A stretch of 64,000 bases of DNA from Candidatus Poribacteria bacterium (GCA_965214095.1 OZ243938.1:4448001-4512000); one strand, 5' to 3'. Shown: positions 1 through 11,080, counted from the stretch's first letter. Notes: generated by a model not told the origin, from the letters alone. Translations and numbers: made by a program.

Positions 1-103
1 AGTGGTAACTAATCCCTGTGAACTGCAATTCCTTAACTGCATCAATTTCCTGCTGATTTAACTTTCGAAAATCGCTCACTATGCCAACGACACCAAGTCT
101 CAT
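1..103 (-). CDS. Partial gene (5' end only), probable sugar phosphate isomerase/epimerase (TIM barrel)
   Basis: ATG at 103, just after the cyclase stop; reads MRLGVVGIVSDFRKLNQQEIDAVKELQFTGISYH and runs off the window edge. Confidence 0.5.
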   Translation of the reverse strand, partial: MRLGVVGIVSDFRKLNQQEIDAVKELQFTGISYH

Positions 104-107
104 TGTG

Positions 108-3100
108 TTATTCTCCCTTCAAAGCCTGTAACAACTCAAATGCATCGGTCAGATCAGCTGTTTCAAAGCCTTCTGTAAACCAATCATAGATAGGATTGAG
201 CAGGTTGTATGCTTCCTCGTGTCTATTCTGTGTCATCATGAATCTACAATAACTGACAGCAGTTCGGAGTTCCCATGATTTTGCAGACTGATTACGAGCA
301 ACAGTCAACGATTTCTCAAAACAGGTTTCTACAAAGCGGTTAAGCTGTGATGCACAGTCAGATTTCTCACTCTTTTCTAAATCAGTTGATGACTTCTCCC
401 AATCAGATTTTAGTAAAAGCTCCCCATTCAGTCTATAGAGTTCTGCTTCATTAATACGTATCCCACTCTCTTCAACGAAATCAAGTGCTATTTCTATAGT
501 CTGAAGTCCTTCTTCAACCATTCCACGTTGTTCATAAGCCTGTGCTAAAATCCCAAGATAGACAGGACTCAATATTCGTGAAAGGTTATCCTCCCATTCT
601 GTAAATCCTTCACGAATTAAAGCAATTCCTTCTTCATGTGAGTTCTCAGAATGTTGTTGAAGTGCCCAACCTTTGAATATTTTACCAGTCGGTTCCCACA
701 CTGAAAAACCGTGTTCTCTGCACATCTTGAGTAGGTCTGTCCCGTACTCATCAACCTTCTCTGTTTCACCACGTTGTTGATATAACAATGCTCCAAATTG
801 TAAAGAGACAACCTGACTGAACGGATGAGGTCTTTCCTCACCCATCTGTTGTGATGCTTGCAGTTGTGATAATGCTTGTTCTGGATACCCCATACACCAC
901 ATCAAAGGTGCAGCATAAGCACGTAATGTCATTCCCGGATCAGCGAGATAGTAAAAAAACGCATCCACTGGGTGTTGATGCAGATCATACTTTTCTATTC
1001 CCGCTTCAACATGAGCACGTGCCGTCTTTAACTCACCTTCATAGAATAGCGTTGCCCCTAAAGCACGATGTGTTTCAACTTCCAACACTGGATTCTCTTG
1101 CTGTTGCGCCATCACTAAACACTGTTCACCAAGTTCACGAGCAGTTTGTAATTTTGCCCTTACCAAATAGGAGAGCCATAAACCAAACAAAATTGGGAAT
1201 CTGAGTAACATGCGTTCGTTGTTCGGCATAGTTTCCAAGAGCTCCTTAGCACGCAAGTATGTTTCTTCTACTTCAATAGCAGCATAACCCTTGGTTGCAA
1301 TAAGTGCCGGTCCCAATGTAGTTTGAAGTACTAATTCACGTGCCGCACGAGCAGGTGTTTCATGCATAGTTTCTAACAAGGACAAACCTTGTGACAAGTG
1401 ACGAACACCTTCAACATTTGCTGATCTTTCTACAGCGTGTTGACCTGCTTGTTGCCAGAATTCAATTGCCCGATCGAACATTCCCCCTTCAGTGTAATGA
1501 TACGCAACGAATTCCGGTTGTGCTTTAACGACTTCGCCGAATGATTTACGTAATACTGTCGCAATCCGACGGTGGTATGCTTGACGTGTGCTTTTTAACA
1601 ACGCCTGATACGCTGTTTCTCGAATTAACGGATGCTTGAATCTATAAATCCGTTTATTCTCAGGACTTTGACGAGATCGCAATATCTCTGCTTCTACAAG
1701 TTTCTGCAATTCTTTGTCAACCCAAGTGAGATCTCCTTCTTGGTCTTCATTTATACTAACAGGTGTGAACTGATCTGGATATGCAAGAAATTCACCTTCC
1801 TCTGGTTCTTCTGTCATACTCACGATAACCTTATGTAATAGTCCTGCTGTCCATTCTCTGCCAAGGGTCGCACCAAGTTGTATAAGTTCTTTACGTGCCC
1901 CTAAACGATCAAGCCTTGCTGTCAGCGATGCTTGAAGCGTTGCTGGTATTTCTGTTGACACATCTATATTTTCCAGTTCGGTTTCAAGTGCCATTCGTGT
2001 TATTTCTTCTATGAATAATGGCACTCCTTCTGTTTTAGTTGCAATTTGTTTCGCGATTTCAGCGGGGATAGTTTGATCGCCTGCTACCTTTTCTATCATC
2101 AGTGAAACCTGTCTACGGTTCAACCGTTTTAACTTCATTTGAGTTACCCAATCCAATTCAGTAAGGGTATTAAGCATTGCCCTGCCATCTAAATGTGAGT
2201 TTTCTTGGTGTAACCCAATTTCATCACGAGAAGTCAGTATGGCAAACAGCGGTGCAGATTGCACACGTGAAATTAATAGGTGTAGAAATTCGAATGTAGA
2301 AGGATCTGCCCAATGTAAATCTTCAACTATTAGCAATAAAGGTTCGCGTTGAGAGGATTTAAGGAAAATCTGCACAAGGGATTGCAAAGTCCTACGACGC
2401 TGCTGCACAGGTTTTAAGTCCACTCTTTGATAGTCCGCTTCTATCTCCAACAGTTCTGCCAAAAGCGGCAACATATTCGGTGACATCTCAAGTGAATTCA
2501 GAAAGTGTTCCAGTTTATTCAGTCGGATGTACCCTGGTTCCGATTCGCCAAATCGCAACAGTTGTTGCCGCAATAACGTCAAAATCGGATACAAAGGACT
2601 ATTCTGTGAATCAGGTGAACCACGGCATTCCAAAATTTGTGCGTTGTTTTCAACTGCTTGTTCTGCAATCACTGTGACTAAACGAGTTTTGCCGATACCT
2701 GCTTCACCCTCTATCAACACTGCTTGACCTTCAGCCTCAGTTGTACGTTTCCATAATGTCTTCAAAGTCGTGATCTGTCGCGTTCTTCCAATTAATGGGG
2801 TTACACTGCTGCTCTGTGAAGGTGTTTCCTGATCACCTTGGAAAACGAGAAATGTTCCTTCAGGGTGTTCACTAAGAATTTGATAGATAGAAACGGGTTG
2901 AGCAATCCCTTTCAAGGAAATTGTCCCCATATCCTGGTATGTAAAATGCCCTTCAATCAATCTGAGTGTTGTCTCACCGACTACGATTCCGTTCGGTGGT
3001 GCAACTTGCTGCATACGCGCTGCTATGTTCGGTGTTTTACCAACAATATCTATTGCTTCAACACTATATCTTTCAAGGGTTGAAATATCACGACCTGTCT

Positions 3101-3596
3101 TAACTGTTGGCATTCCTACTTCCCACACTACAACCAAGCCAGTGTCAATACTCAACCGCACCTGTATTTTGATTCCAAAAGTAGTCAGTAAACGAGAATT
3201 TAGCTTTTCTAAACCAGCAACAATCCCTAATCCCGCTTGAACTGCCCTGCGAGTTGCATCTTCATGTGCTATCGGATAACCGAAGTAGACTAAGATACCA
3301 TCACCAAAGTAACGTGCAATATGTCCATCATATTCTAAAACAACATCAGCGACAGATGCACGATAAGAATCCAAGACCTGACGCAAATCCTCTGGATCCA
3401 GTTGTTCGGTCAAAGCTGTAGAATCAATGACATCACAAAACAGGACACTCAATTGCCGTCTTTCTGCTTTGCCAATAGGAGGACTATTTAGTGAGGTGTC
3501 TGAATTATCAAGTCTGTGACCACATTCACCACAATACTTGACAGCAGGATTCATAAATCCGCAATCAGAACACCGTTTTTGCATCAGGCTTTTCAT
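108..3596 (-). CDS. Class III adenylate/guanylate cyclase with N-terminal zinc ribbon, AAA/STAND NTPase domain and TPR-like C-terminus
   Basis: CxxC..CxxC; ERRQLSVLFCD, YFGDG, PNIAAR cyclase motifs; Walker A GEAGIGKT; Walker B LLIVEDLHWAD; C-terminal WFTEGFETADL. Confidence 0.9.
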   Translation of the reverse strand: MKSLMQKRCSDCGFMNPAVKYCGECGHRLDNSDTSLNSPPIGKAERRQLSVLFCDVIDSTALTEQLDPEDLRQVLDSYRASVADVVLEYDGHIARYFGDGILVYFGYPIAHEDATRRAVQAGLGIVAGLEKLNSRLLTTFGIKIQVRLSIDTGLVVVWEVGMPTVKTGRDISTLERYSVEAIDIVGKTPNIAARMQQVAPPNGIVVGETTLRLIEGHFTYQDMGTISLKGIAQPVSIYQILSEHPEGTFLVFQGDQETPSQSSSVTPLIGRTRQITTLKTLWKRTTEAEGQAVLIEGEAGIGKTRLVTVIAEQAVENNAQILECRGSPDSQNSPLYPILTLLRQQLLRFGESEPGYIRLNKLEHFLNSLEMSPNMLPLLAELLEIEADYQRVDLKPVQQRRRTLQSLVQIFLKSSQREPLLLIVEDLHWADPSTFEFLHLLISRVQSAPLFAILTSRDEIGLHQENSHLDGRAMLNTLTELDWVTQMKLKRLNRRQVSLMIEKVAGDQTIPAEIAKQIATKTEGVPLFIEEITRMALETELENIDVSTEIPATLQASLTARLDRLGARKELIQLGATLGREWTAGLLHKVIVSMTEEPEEGEFLAYPDQFTPVSINEDQEGDLTWVDKELQKLVEAEILRSRQSPENKRIYRFKHPLIRETAYQALLKSTRQAYHRRIATVLRKSFGEVVKAQPEFVAYHYTEGGMFDRAIEFWQQAGQHAVERSANVEGVRHLSQGLSLLETMHETPARAARELVLQTTLGPALIATKGYAAIEVEETYLRAKELLETMPNNERMLLRFPILFGLWLSYLVRAKLQTARELGEQCLVMAQQQENPVLEVETHRALGATLFYEGELKTARAHVEAGIEKYDLHQHPVDAFFYYLADPGMTLRAYAAPLMWCMGYPEQALSQLQASQQMGEERPHPFSQVVSLQFGALLYQQRGETEKVDEYGTDLLKMCREHGFSVWEPTGKIFKGWALQQHSENSHEEGIALIREGFTEWEDNLSRILSPVYLGILAQAYEQRGMVEEGLQTIEIALDFVEESGIRINEAELYRLNGELLLKSDWEKSSTDLEKSEKSDCASQLNRFVETCFEKSLTVARNQSAKSWELRTAVSYCRFMMTQNRHEEAYNLLNPIYDWFTEGFETADLTDAFELLQALKGE

Positions 3597-3646
3597 AATA
3601 TCTTATATGAATATCTATAGTCTACAGTCTCCGATTTCACTGGTAG

Positions 3647-4369
3647 CTAATATCCACTCTTAAATTGATGGAGATATTCGGCAAGCTCCGTATCATTCGG
3701 CTGGCGTTTGTAAGCATCTCGTAAATAATTAACACCTTTATCTATAATGCCGATTTTCATATAGAATGAACCGAGATTACGATAAGGTTTCGCATAGGTA
3801 GATTTCAAATCTATTGCTCTGAGATAATATTCCTTTGCATATAAGAAATGCTCTTTTGTAGGTCCAACTAAAATATTCAGTGTTGTCATTGTGCTTCCGT
3901 AAAAAGGAAATACCGATGCCCCTCTCGCTTTGGCTTCCTCCAGAACCACTTTTGCTATTTCAGACGAATCAGTATTAACTCTAAAATAACCCGACTCCAC
4001 ATTTTGTAAAGCAAGTTCAAGTTCTGTAATCGCCTCTTGTTCGGAACCGTTCAAATCAATATCATTCCATGACGGCCATTCCGGTCCTGCATTCTTCAAG
4101 CCAAGATCGTAATGAACAGCACCAAGGTCATTACATACTTCCGCATTATTTGGGCGTAACTCTAATGCTTCCTCGTAATATCGGATCGCTTGTACGTATT
4201 GCTGTGATGCATAAGCATTCTGAGCATCAAACCGGATTGAACGAAAATTATGACTTTCCTCAGTGCCTTCTGAGATGGTTTGTGTATTCTTCCCTCCAAC
4301 AAAATGTATAGAGAGAATAACTACTAAAGAGAGACAAACAATAATGATGATAGGTATCTGCATTTTCAT
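3647..4369 (-). CDS. Tetratricopeptide repeat protein with N-terminal membrane anchor
   Basis: Hydrophobic N-terminus; TPR motifs (YEEALELRPNNAEVCNDLG, YRNLGSFY). Confidence 0.75.
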   Translation of the reverse strand: MKMQIPIIIIVCLSLVVILSIHFVGGKNTQTISEGTEESHNFRSIRFDAQNAYASQQYVQAIRYYEEALELRPNNAEVCNDLGAVHYDLGLKNAGPEWPSWNDIDLNGSEQEAITELELALQNVESGYFRVNTDSSEIAKVVLEEAKARGASVFPFYGSTMTTLNILVGPTKEHFLYAKEYYLRAIDLKSTYAKPYRNLGSFYMKIGIIDKGVNYLRDAYKRQPNDTELAEYLHQFKSGY

Positions 4370-4471
4370 TTTATATTCTCCAAGGTCAATTTACAATTGG
4401 TGATGTTCCATCAATTCCTCACAACTTTCTGTTACATTTCTGATAAATCTTACAAGTTTCCTAAAAAACAC

Positions 4472-5908
4472 TTATCTCCTTCGAATGTTTCTATAAAATC
4501 TAACTTGTATATAATCCTCTTTCCCGTTTCTCACATAGTGTAGTATAATTTCACTTGGTGCATGTATCTGCTCATCTACTAACTTAAAGAATTCAAGTGA
4601 ATGAATGGCAAGGTTATCAATTTTGAAAATGAAATCACCTTTCTTGAGTTTCCCATGCAAGTTATTATCTTTATCAATATCTGAGATGATTACACCTTGT
4701 CTATTATACTCTTGTAAAACCTCTTTATCCGGCTGCTTAAATGTGATCCCACCCCATCTTTGTGGTGTATATTCCCATTCCAGTTGTTTAAATTTCAATA
4801 CAGTTTCTCTCCATTTGTCCCGACGGATGTATTCACACTCTATAGGTTCATTAAGCGGAAGCATACGAAAAATTGCCTTAAAATCATTCTTGTCCTTGAC
4901 TCGACGACCAGATATTGACCATATTATATCACCACGTCTTATTCCCGATTCAGCAAAAGGACTCTTTTTTTCAATTTCCGATACTAAAACACCGCGAGAG
5001 AAAGTTGATTGCCTAGCCTCTTCTTTCCCAAAGAGTTTTTCTGCCATGTCCTCGTTGACAGATTGAATTTCTGCACCAAGATAGGGTGGTATTACACTTC
5101 CGTGTTCAGTAATCTTTTCAATGACGTGTCTTGCTTTATTTGCAGGAATAGCAAAACCAACACCTTGAGATCCTCCGCTTGTTGAACGAATGACAGTGTT
5201 AATACCAATGAGTTCTCCATTAACATTTACCAATGCACCGCCACTATTTCCCGGGTTAACTGAGGCATCGGTTTGAATAAGTGCTTCGTAGTAGCGCGGT
5301 TCCACTGTTAGCGAACGTTTCGTAGCACTGATGATACCAATTGTTACTGATGGTTGTGCGTTCCCAAGGGATAGTCCGAACGGATTCCCAATAGCCAGTG
5401 CCCATTCACCAATCAGTAGATTGTCGGAATCGCTCCACTCAATATGAGGTAAATCTTCCTTTGTATCAACTTTTAGTAAAGCCAAGTCCGACAGAAAATC
5501 ATAACCAATGATCTCTGCTTTAAACTCTCGTCCATCAGCGATTGCAATCCTGATTTCTTCTGCTTGTTCTATAACATGATAGTTAGTAAGGATATGTCCA
5601 TCTTTGCTTATTATTACTCCTGATCCCACTTCACGTAACTTACGTTTTGGAGTAGGAGGAAGTTCCCACATAAATTCTCTTAATATCCATTCATCAAGAG
5701 AAGTTCGTTGAGTCCGTGTTGCACTAATATTCACAACGGCAGGACTTGCCCGTTCCACAGCATTGACTATCGCTGTTCGTCGTGATTGTGTAACAGCATC
5801 CTGAATGTCTTGCTCAGTATATTCATCTGATACATCAGATTGAAGCAAAATCACAAAGAACACGGATATTGCCCCAAGCAATAAAAGAAAAAGTCGTCTA
5901 TATCTCAT
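4472..5908 (-). CDS. HtrA/DegP (Do) family serine protease with PDZ domains
   Basis: GSGVII, TNYHV, DLALLK, QTDASVNPGNSGG catalytic motifs; C-terminal PDZ-like region. Confidence 0.92.
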   Translation of the reverse strand: MRYRRLFLLLLGAISVFFVILLQSDVSDEYTEQDIQDAVTQSRRTAIVNAVERASPAVVNISATRTQRTSLDEWILREFMWELPPTPKRKLREVGSGVIISKDGHILTNYHVIEQAEEIRIAIADGREFKAEIIGYDFLSDLALLKVDTKEDLPHIEWSDSDNLLIGEWALAIGNPFGLSLGNAQPSVTIGIISATKRSLTVEPRYYEALIQTDASVNPGNSGGALVNVNGELIGINTVIRSTSGGSQGVGFAIPANKARHVIEKITEHGSVIPPYLGAEIQSVNEDMAEKLFGKEEARQSTFSRGVLVSEIEKKSPFAESGIRRGDIIWSISGRRVKDKNDFKAIFRMLPLNEPIECEYIRRDKWRETVLKFKQLEWEYTPQRWGGITFKQPDKEVLQEYNRQGVIISDIDKDNNLHGKLKKGDFIFKIDNLAIHSLEFFKLVDEQIHAPSEIILHYVRNGKEDYIQVRFYRNIRRR

Positions 5909-5963
5909 AATGTAATAAGAACTTGGTCATAGATTATATTTTGTGTCTATCAATATAGAAAAT

Positions 5964-7340
5964 CTATACCTTCAGTTTCAAAGAAATGCGATAGCCTTCC
6001 AAACCTGGATCATTATCAACAATCTCCTGAACATCTGATTTCGTCCTACGTTTCGCAGGAAAGTCATCTGCGTCTGCACAGCGTAGAGCAATCCTTGCCC
6101 CGACTGAACTTGCACGTCGTAAGTTGTCCAATTCCACCTTTTCAAGTGTATCATAAGCAGTATGTCCAAATCCGCGTCCTGATGGTGCTGAAGTCGGATC
6201 TCCCATGTGGCACGAAGGCACACCTTCAAGGAAAAATGGAAAATGATCAGAGTAGGAATGCACCTTCTGTCCAACAGGCATATCTGCATGTATCTGTTCT
6301 TGTGCTGTCATAAAGAACGGTTCCAACGATTCCCAATGATGCAGGACAATCCCCTTACGACTTTTTCCGCCCGCCGCATCCATATTCAACATAAACCTGA
6401 TATTATCCAATTCATCTGTATGTGCATCAATATACCGAAACGCGCCAGTCAATCCAATTTCTTCAGTTCCAAATGCAATAAATCGGACAGTCCGTTTCAA
6501 TATATCAGATGCATAAGTTGATAAGACCCTTGCTGCTTCTATAACAGAGACCATACCAGAAGCAGGATCGTGTGCCCCTTGTGATATGTCATGTCCATCA
6601 TAATGGCACCCCAAAACCACCATCTCATCAGGATTTTCATTTCCCGGTAGGTCACCGACAACGTTCCAAGATGTGCGTGGTTCATTTATATCTGTAGTTT
6701 GCAGACGCATCACTACTTTGTCATATCGTTCTAAGCACCGCGTCAAAAAATCACCATCTTCTTTACAAACTGATATACCGGGAATAGGAGCAGGTCTATT
6801 GTTCTGTAGACTTCCTGTTTCAGGTCCAACACCGGGGTGTTCACTTACAAAGATGAATGCACTTGCACCACTCAGCACTGCGCGTTCATACTTTTCTTTG
6901 CGATGGACCCATCTACCAAGATCACTTGGAGACGCGCTGCTTGCCATCACAAGTTTTGACGTGGCAGTATCACCGAGTTTGCTGTATTCACCTGGACTTC
7001 CAAAACCAATAGATAGAAGTTCACCGGTAATATCACCTGATGGACAGTAAGGCAGTGAAATACAGTGCATTGTCCGTTCAATGGGTTCAGTTATTGTCAG
7101 TGTAGCATTACCTCGCGTCCATCCTGCATAAGGGTATTCTTCCAATCGGACATCTTTCAAACCATAGCGCGAAAATGTTTCAGAGATAAAAGTTACTGCT
7201 TTATATTCCTCTGGAGTCCCGGCAAAACGTGAACCAAAGTCATCGCACAATACTGTCAGATTGTCCATGACTTCGTTGCTCGTGTAAATATCACCGACCA
7301 TTTGCTGGTCAAGATTTAGATATGGATTACTGTTTTTCAT
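5964..7340 (-). CDS. M28 family metallopeptidase (PA-domain type)
   Basis: GCHYD, GAHDPASG, GTEEIGL, NMD and SDHFPF metal-binding motifs. Confidence 0.88.
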   Translation of the reverse strand: MKNSNPYLNLDQQMVGDIYTSNEVMDNLTVLCDDFGSRFAGTPEEYKAVTFISETFSRYGLKDVRLEEYPYAGWTRGNATLTITEPIERTMHCISLPYCPSGDITGELLSIGFGSPGEYSKLGDTATSKLVMASSASPSDLGRWVHRKEKYERAVLSGASAFIFVSEHPGVGPETGSLQNNRPAPIPGISVCKEDGDFLTRCLERYDKVVMRLQTTDINEPRTSWNVVGDLPGNENPDEMVVLGCHYDGHDISQGAHDPASGMVSVIEAARVLSTYASDILKRTVRFIAFGTEEIGLTGAFRYIDAHTDELDNIRFMLNMDAAGGKSRKGIVLHHWESLEPFFMTAQEQIHADMPVGQKVHSYSDHFPFFLEGVPSCHMGDPTSAPSGRGFGHTAYDTLEKVELDNLRRASSVGARIALRCADADDFPAKRRTKSDVQEIVDNDPGLEGYRISLKLKV

Positions 7341-7390
7341 ATTCTCCTAATATTGATATTCAATAGTTTAGCAATTTCAATAAACATATT

Positions 7391-8332
7391 CTACTTTACA
7401 TTAAAGGTGGATGAAGTGCCAGGTTCTCCTTGGTCTTGCCCGTTGAGAAATGCTGCTAAATCAAGATCATCATCTGGGATAACAGGTGCTTCTTTTATGG
7501 GAGTTAGTGTTTTGCTTCGTGCATCCGCGATTTTCTTTAACTGCCATGAATTCAATATCTGTATCCGACCCCAATATTTGTCTATAACCTGATACTGTTT
7601 GAAAGTCTTTAATAGTTGATCAATTGTTTCAATAGAAGCTCCAGTTAATCTTGAGAGTCGTTTTGTTGACAATCGAGGGACTAATACAATACCTTTCCTA
7701 TCAGGTGCAGTTGCAAGATTCAGCAATAATAGTGCGAAACGAGAAGAAGTAGTTCTAAATGCAACATTACTAAAAGCATTGAAGTCTTTGCAGTCCGCAG
7801 TTCTGCTCGTATTTAGGATGTTGTGTGAACTAAATTGTCCTTGTTGTTTCCTGTTTCTATCTCTGAGAAATGTCTCTAACAACGTCCTTCGGTGTAGTGG
7901 TAAAGTTAAATGCGGTTTCCGTTTGAGAAAGAATGAAAAATCACGGAATGTCGCAATGCCGATACAAACTTCAGTCAAACATTCTGCATAAGTAAGCACT
8001 TCAGAGTTTTTACGCAGTATCATCTCTTTGTCTGAGAAAACACCAAACATTTCGCCTGTTTCCAGCACCTCTTTAGTCTCTTGCTTCTCCTCCGATTTTG
8101 CATTCATCAAGCGTTTTTCGGTTTTTTCATCGCTATCGTTTGTGGTGTCATCCGTAATCTTTATCCTTCCCTCTTTAATGAAATAAACACCTTCTTCACA
8201 GATGCGTTCCTCATGCTTTAGTTCTTTGTTTGAGAGAATCCGCTCTAAAAAATAGGCATCAGCATCGGAAAGGTCTTCAAAGATGTTTAGTTGTTTTACC
8301 CACCAATATTTTTCTGATATAAATTTTATCAT
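7391..8332 (-). CDS. Crp/Fnr family transcriptional regulator (divergent)
   Basis: YFIKEGRIKI and GEMFG cNMP-domain motifs; C-terminal HTH-like segment LSTKRLSRLTGASIETI. Confidence 0.7.
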   Translation of the reverse strand: MIKFISEKYWWVKQLNIFEDLSDADAYFLERILSNKELKHEERICEEGVYFIKEGRIKITDDTTNDSDEKTEKRLMNAKSEEKQETKEVLETGEMFGVFSDKEMILRKNSEVLTYAECLTEVCIGIATFRDFSFFLKRKPHLTLPLHRRTLLETFLRDRNRKQQGQFSSHNILNTSRTADCKDFNAFSNVAFRTTSSRFALLLLNLATAPDRKGIVLVPRLSTKRLSRLTGASIETIDQLLKTFKQYQVIDKYWGRIQILNSWQLKKIADARSKTLTPIKEAPVIPDDDLDLAAFLNGQDQGEPGTSSTFNVK

Positions 8333-9042
8333 TTTAGTGATTTCTGTGCCATTCCTATCTGTCCCTGAGAAATTTTGACGTAACTCTCATCTATATCACA
8401 CCCAGTAAAATTCCTAAAATTTCTCACCGACGCAACACCCGTAGTACCTGCACCAAGGAACGGGTCTACAACAAGGTCTCCTTGGTTACTATGTTTACAG
8501 ACTAACTCCTCAAACAATGATAGAGGTTTTTGAGTTGGGTGTTGTCTTTTACCTTTATGTCGGGGTATCGGATACTCATAAATTCCTGAGTCATATTCAC
8601 TGTTGAACGTAGGTTTCCCAACCTTGACACCTACTACAGCCATTTCTCTGCTATTTGAAAGATAAGTAGCACGCATATTCAACGGCACAGGATTGGTTTT
8701 CTGCCATATTATCTGACGCATCATTTTGAATCCAGCGGATTCCATCGCATCTTTCACCTTACCTATTTTCCACAGATCATACCAGACGATAGCAGTTCCC
8801 CCACGACGTAAGGATTTATAGAACACATTCGCCATATTATCAAGGTTAATCTCTACATGATCCCAGGGACCAAAGTCCATGCTGACAGCAAATCTCTCCA
8901 CACCGTTCACAACATCAGAAAAGCCAGTTTTTTTGCTAATACAATATGGAGGGTCAGTTAAGACAAGGTCCACTGAACCAACTGGTAACGAATCCATAAA
9001 TTCCTGATAATCCGCAGCCTTGACAGAAAATTCAGTAATCAT
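8329..9042 (-). CDS. Site-specific N6-A/N4-C DNA methyltransferase (beta class), apparently orphan
   Basis: TDPPY precedes HPTQKP and DPFLGAGTT. Confidence 0.92.
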   Translation of the reverse strand: MITEFSVKAADYQEFMDSLPVGSVDLVLTDPPYCISKKTGFSDVVNGVERFAVSMDFGPWDHVEINLDNMANVFYKSLRRGGTAIVWYDLWKIGKVKDAMESAGFKMMRQIIWQKTNPVPLNMRATYLSNSREMAVVGVKVGKPTFNSEYDSGIYEYPIPRHKGKRQHPTQKPLSLFEELVCKHSNQGDLVVDPFLGAGTTGVASVRNFRNFTGCDIDESYVKISQGQIGMAQKSLK

Positions 9043-9068
9043 CTTTGCTAACCTCTTGTCAACGGTTT

Positions 9069-9093
9069 GTAGTCGCGCAATTCATTGCGCCTC
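9069..9093 (+). repeat. GTAG-type REP-like hairpin, family A (GTAGTCGCGCAATTCATTGCGCCTC)
   Basis: Near-identical copies at 16314, 19557, 36953(-), 39314(-); partial copy at 26141. Confidence 0.85.
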
Positions 9094-9155
9094 TCACATT
9101 CACTATCCTTAATGAATTTCCTATCGCAATTTCATTTACCAAAATTGGTATAATA

Positions 9156-9830
9156 TCAGTGTAGGATTCCATACCGAAAGAGGGAAGTAAGAATTTTTGT
9201 CCCTGCTCGGATACTCCCAACAAATGTCCCACTAATTTTTGATGTGCCGATACGTTTCCGATAACTCACAGGTACTTCACACACTTTCATTCCCATTTTT
9301 ACCGCTTTGAGTTGCATCTCTATCGTCCATCCAAAGTTCTTGTCCTGCATATTCAACGTTTTGAGTTTATCATAGCGGATAGCGCGAAATGGACCTAAAT
9401 CAGTATATTTTGCTCCGAAAAAGACACGCATCAGATTTGTTGCAAGTTTGTTTCCAAAACGTGCTTGTGGTAGTAAGGCACCTTTTTCACTCGGTTTTCG
9501 TGTACCTATCACGAATTCTGCTTGACCATCCTGTATTGGTTGTACAAGTGCCGTCATCTCTGTTGGGTCATCACTATAATCACCGTCCAAAAACACTACG
9601 ACATCTGGTGATTGAACGGCAGCTATGCCTGCCAAACATGCACTACCATACCCTCTCCGTGGTTCAGTCACAATCCTTGCACCATATTTACGTGCGATTT
9701 CTACGGTGCGATCAGTACATCCATTGTCAACAACGATTATTTCTCCCACTAACGTTTTAGGTATATCGTTGATGACACTTGATATTGCATCTTCTTCATT
9801 CAACACAGGAATGATAACCGATACGTTCAT
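9156..9830 (-). CDS. Glycosyltransferase family 2 (DPM1-like)
   Basis: SVIIPVLNEE, VVDNG, FLDGD, TDLGPFRAI. Confidence 0.92.
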   Translation of the reverse strand: MNVSVIIPVLNEEDAISSVINDIPKTLVGEIIVVDNGCTDRTVEIARKYGARIVTEPRRGYGSACLAGIAAVQSPDVVVFLDGDYSDDPTEMTALVQPIQDGQAEFVIGTRKPSEKGALLPQARFGNKLATNLMRVFFGAKYTDLGPFRAIRYDKLKTLNMQDKNFGWTIEMQLKAVKMGMKVCEVPVSYRKRIGTSKISGTFVGSIRAGTKILTSLFRYGILH

Positions 9831-9891
9831 AGGATTTAATACCGTTAGATGAGTGAAGGCAAATATTGATCAACAAACTACTCAACAAGAA

Positions 9892-10899
9892 TTACATTCG
9901 AACTGAAGGTTCTTCTACTGTCTCAATCAAACGTTCAACGACTGTATCTGGACCAACCCCTTCTGCTTCAGCATGGAAGTTTGTTAAAACACGGTGACGT
10001 AACACGGCTGGTGCAACTGCTTTCACATCTTCAATAGAGGCATTATAACGTCCCTTGAGGATTGCTCTGGCTTTAGCCCCTAAGATTAGATATTGACCAG
10101 CACGAGGACCCGCACCCCATCGTACCCATTGTTGAACAAAATCAGGTGCATCCTTTTCTTTAGGACGAGTAGCACGACCAAGCTTCACAGCATATTGTAT
10201 AACATTATCTGCAGCAGGAACTCTTCGGACGATTTGGTGCAGTGATACAATCGCATCACCAGAAAGAGCAGTTTCCAATTCTGGTTCCTCTGCCCCCGTT
10301 GTTGACGAGATGATATCTACCTCTTCATCTTCAGCTGGATAATCAATTACAATTTTAAACATGAACCGATCAAGTTGTGCTTCAGGTAAAGGATATGTGC
10401 CTTCTTGCTCAATTGGATTTTGTGTCGCGAGTACAAAGAATGGTTCAGTGAGTGTATATTCCTCTCCGCCAGCAGTAACTTGATGCTCCTGCATAGCCTC
10501 CAAAAGTGCAGCCTGAGTCTTTGGTGGGGTTCGGTTTATCTCGTCTGCAAGAAGGATATTCGCAAAAATCGGACCTTGGATAAATCGGACGGTTCTATGT
10601 CCAGTAGTACGATCCTCCTCAAGTACATCTGTACCGATAATATCCGCAGGCATTAAATCCGGAGTAAACTGAATACGACTGAATTTGAGATTGAGAATAT
10701 CGGCAAGCGTTTTGATCATCAACGTCTTTGCTAAACCTGGTACACCTTCAACGAGACAGTGACCGCCGGCAAAAAGTGCCATTAACATCTGGTTGATCAC
10801 CTCTTCTTGACCGATAATAACTTTTTTCAGTTGTGTCACTATCAACTCTTGACTTTCCATCAACTCTTCTATTGCTTGGACTTCTTCTGTTGCTGGCAT
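9892..10899 (-). CDS. MoxR family AAA+ ATPase
   Basis: [49 protein letters not shown]. Confidence 0.95.
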   Translation of the reverse strand: MPATEEVQAIEELMESQELIVTQLKKVIIGQEEVINQMLMALFAGGHCLVEGVPGLAKTLMIKTLADILNLKFSRIQFTPDLMPADIIGTDVLEEDRTTGHRTVRFIQGPIFANILLADEINRTPPKTQAALLEAMQEHQVTAGGEEYTLTEPFFVLATQNPIEQEGTYPLPEAQLDRFMFKIVIDYPAEDEEVDIISSTTGAEEPELETALSGDAIVSLHQIVRRVPAADNVIQYAVKLGRATRPKEKDAPDFVQQWVRWGAGPRAGQYLILGAKARAILKGRYNASIEDVKAVAPAVLRHRVLTNFHAEAEGVGPDTVVERLIETVEEPSVRM

Positions 10900-10911
10900 C
10901 TATTTACTCCT

Positions 10912-11040
10912 TATAGTGAAATGTAAAAACACGTGCACACTCCCCGGTAGATGCGGTTTCCTAACCGCATCTATAACACTGAACAAACACCGGTTCGGTT
11001 AGGAAACCGAACCTACCGTCGTGTGTAAATAATTATGGTT
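10912..11040 (+). repeat. REPIN/MITE-like element, family B (two inverted GTAG hairpins)
   Basis: TATAGTGAAA...GGTAGATGCGGTTTCCTAACCGCATCT...GGTTCGGTTAGGAAACCGAACCTACC; copies at 19589(-), 50161, 59474. Confidence 0.88.
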
Positions 11041-11080
11041 AATAAAATTGATCTAAATGTTAATATCGTTAATTCTGATG

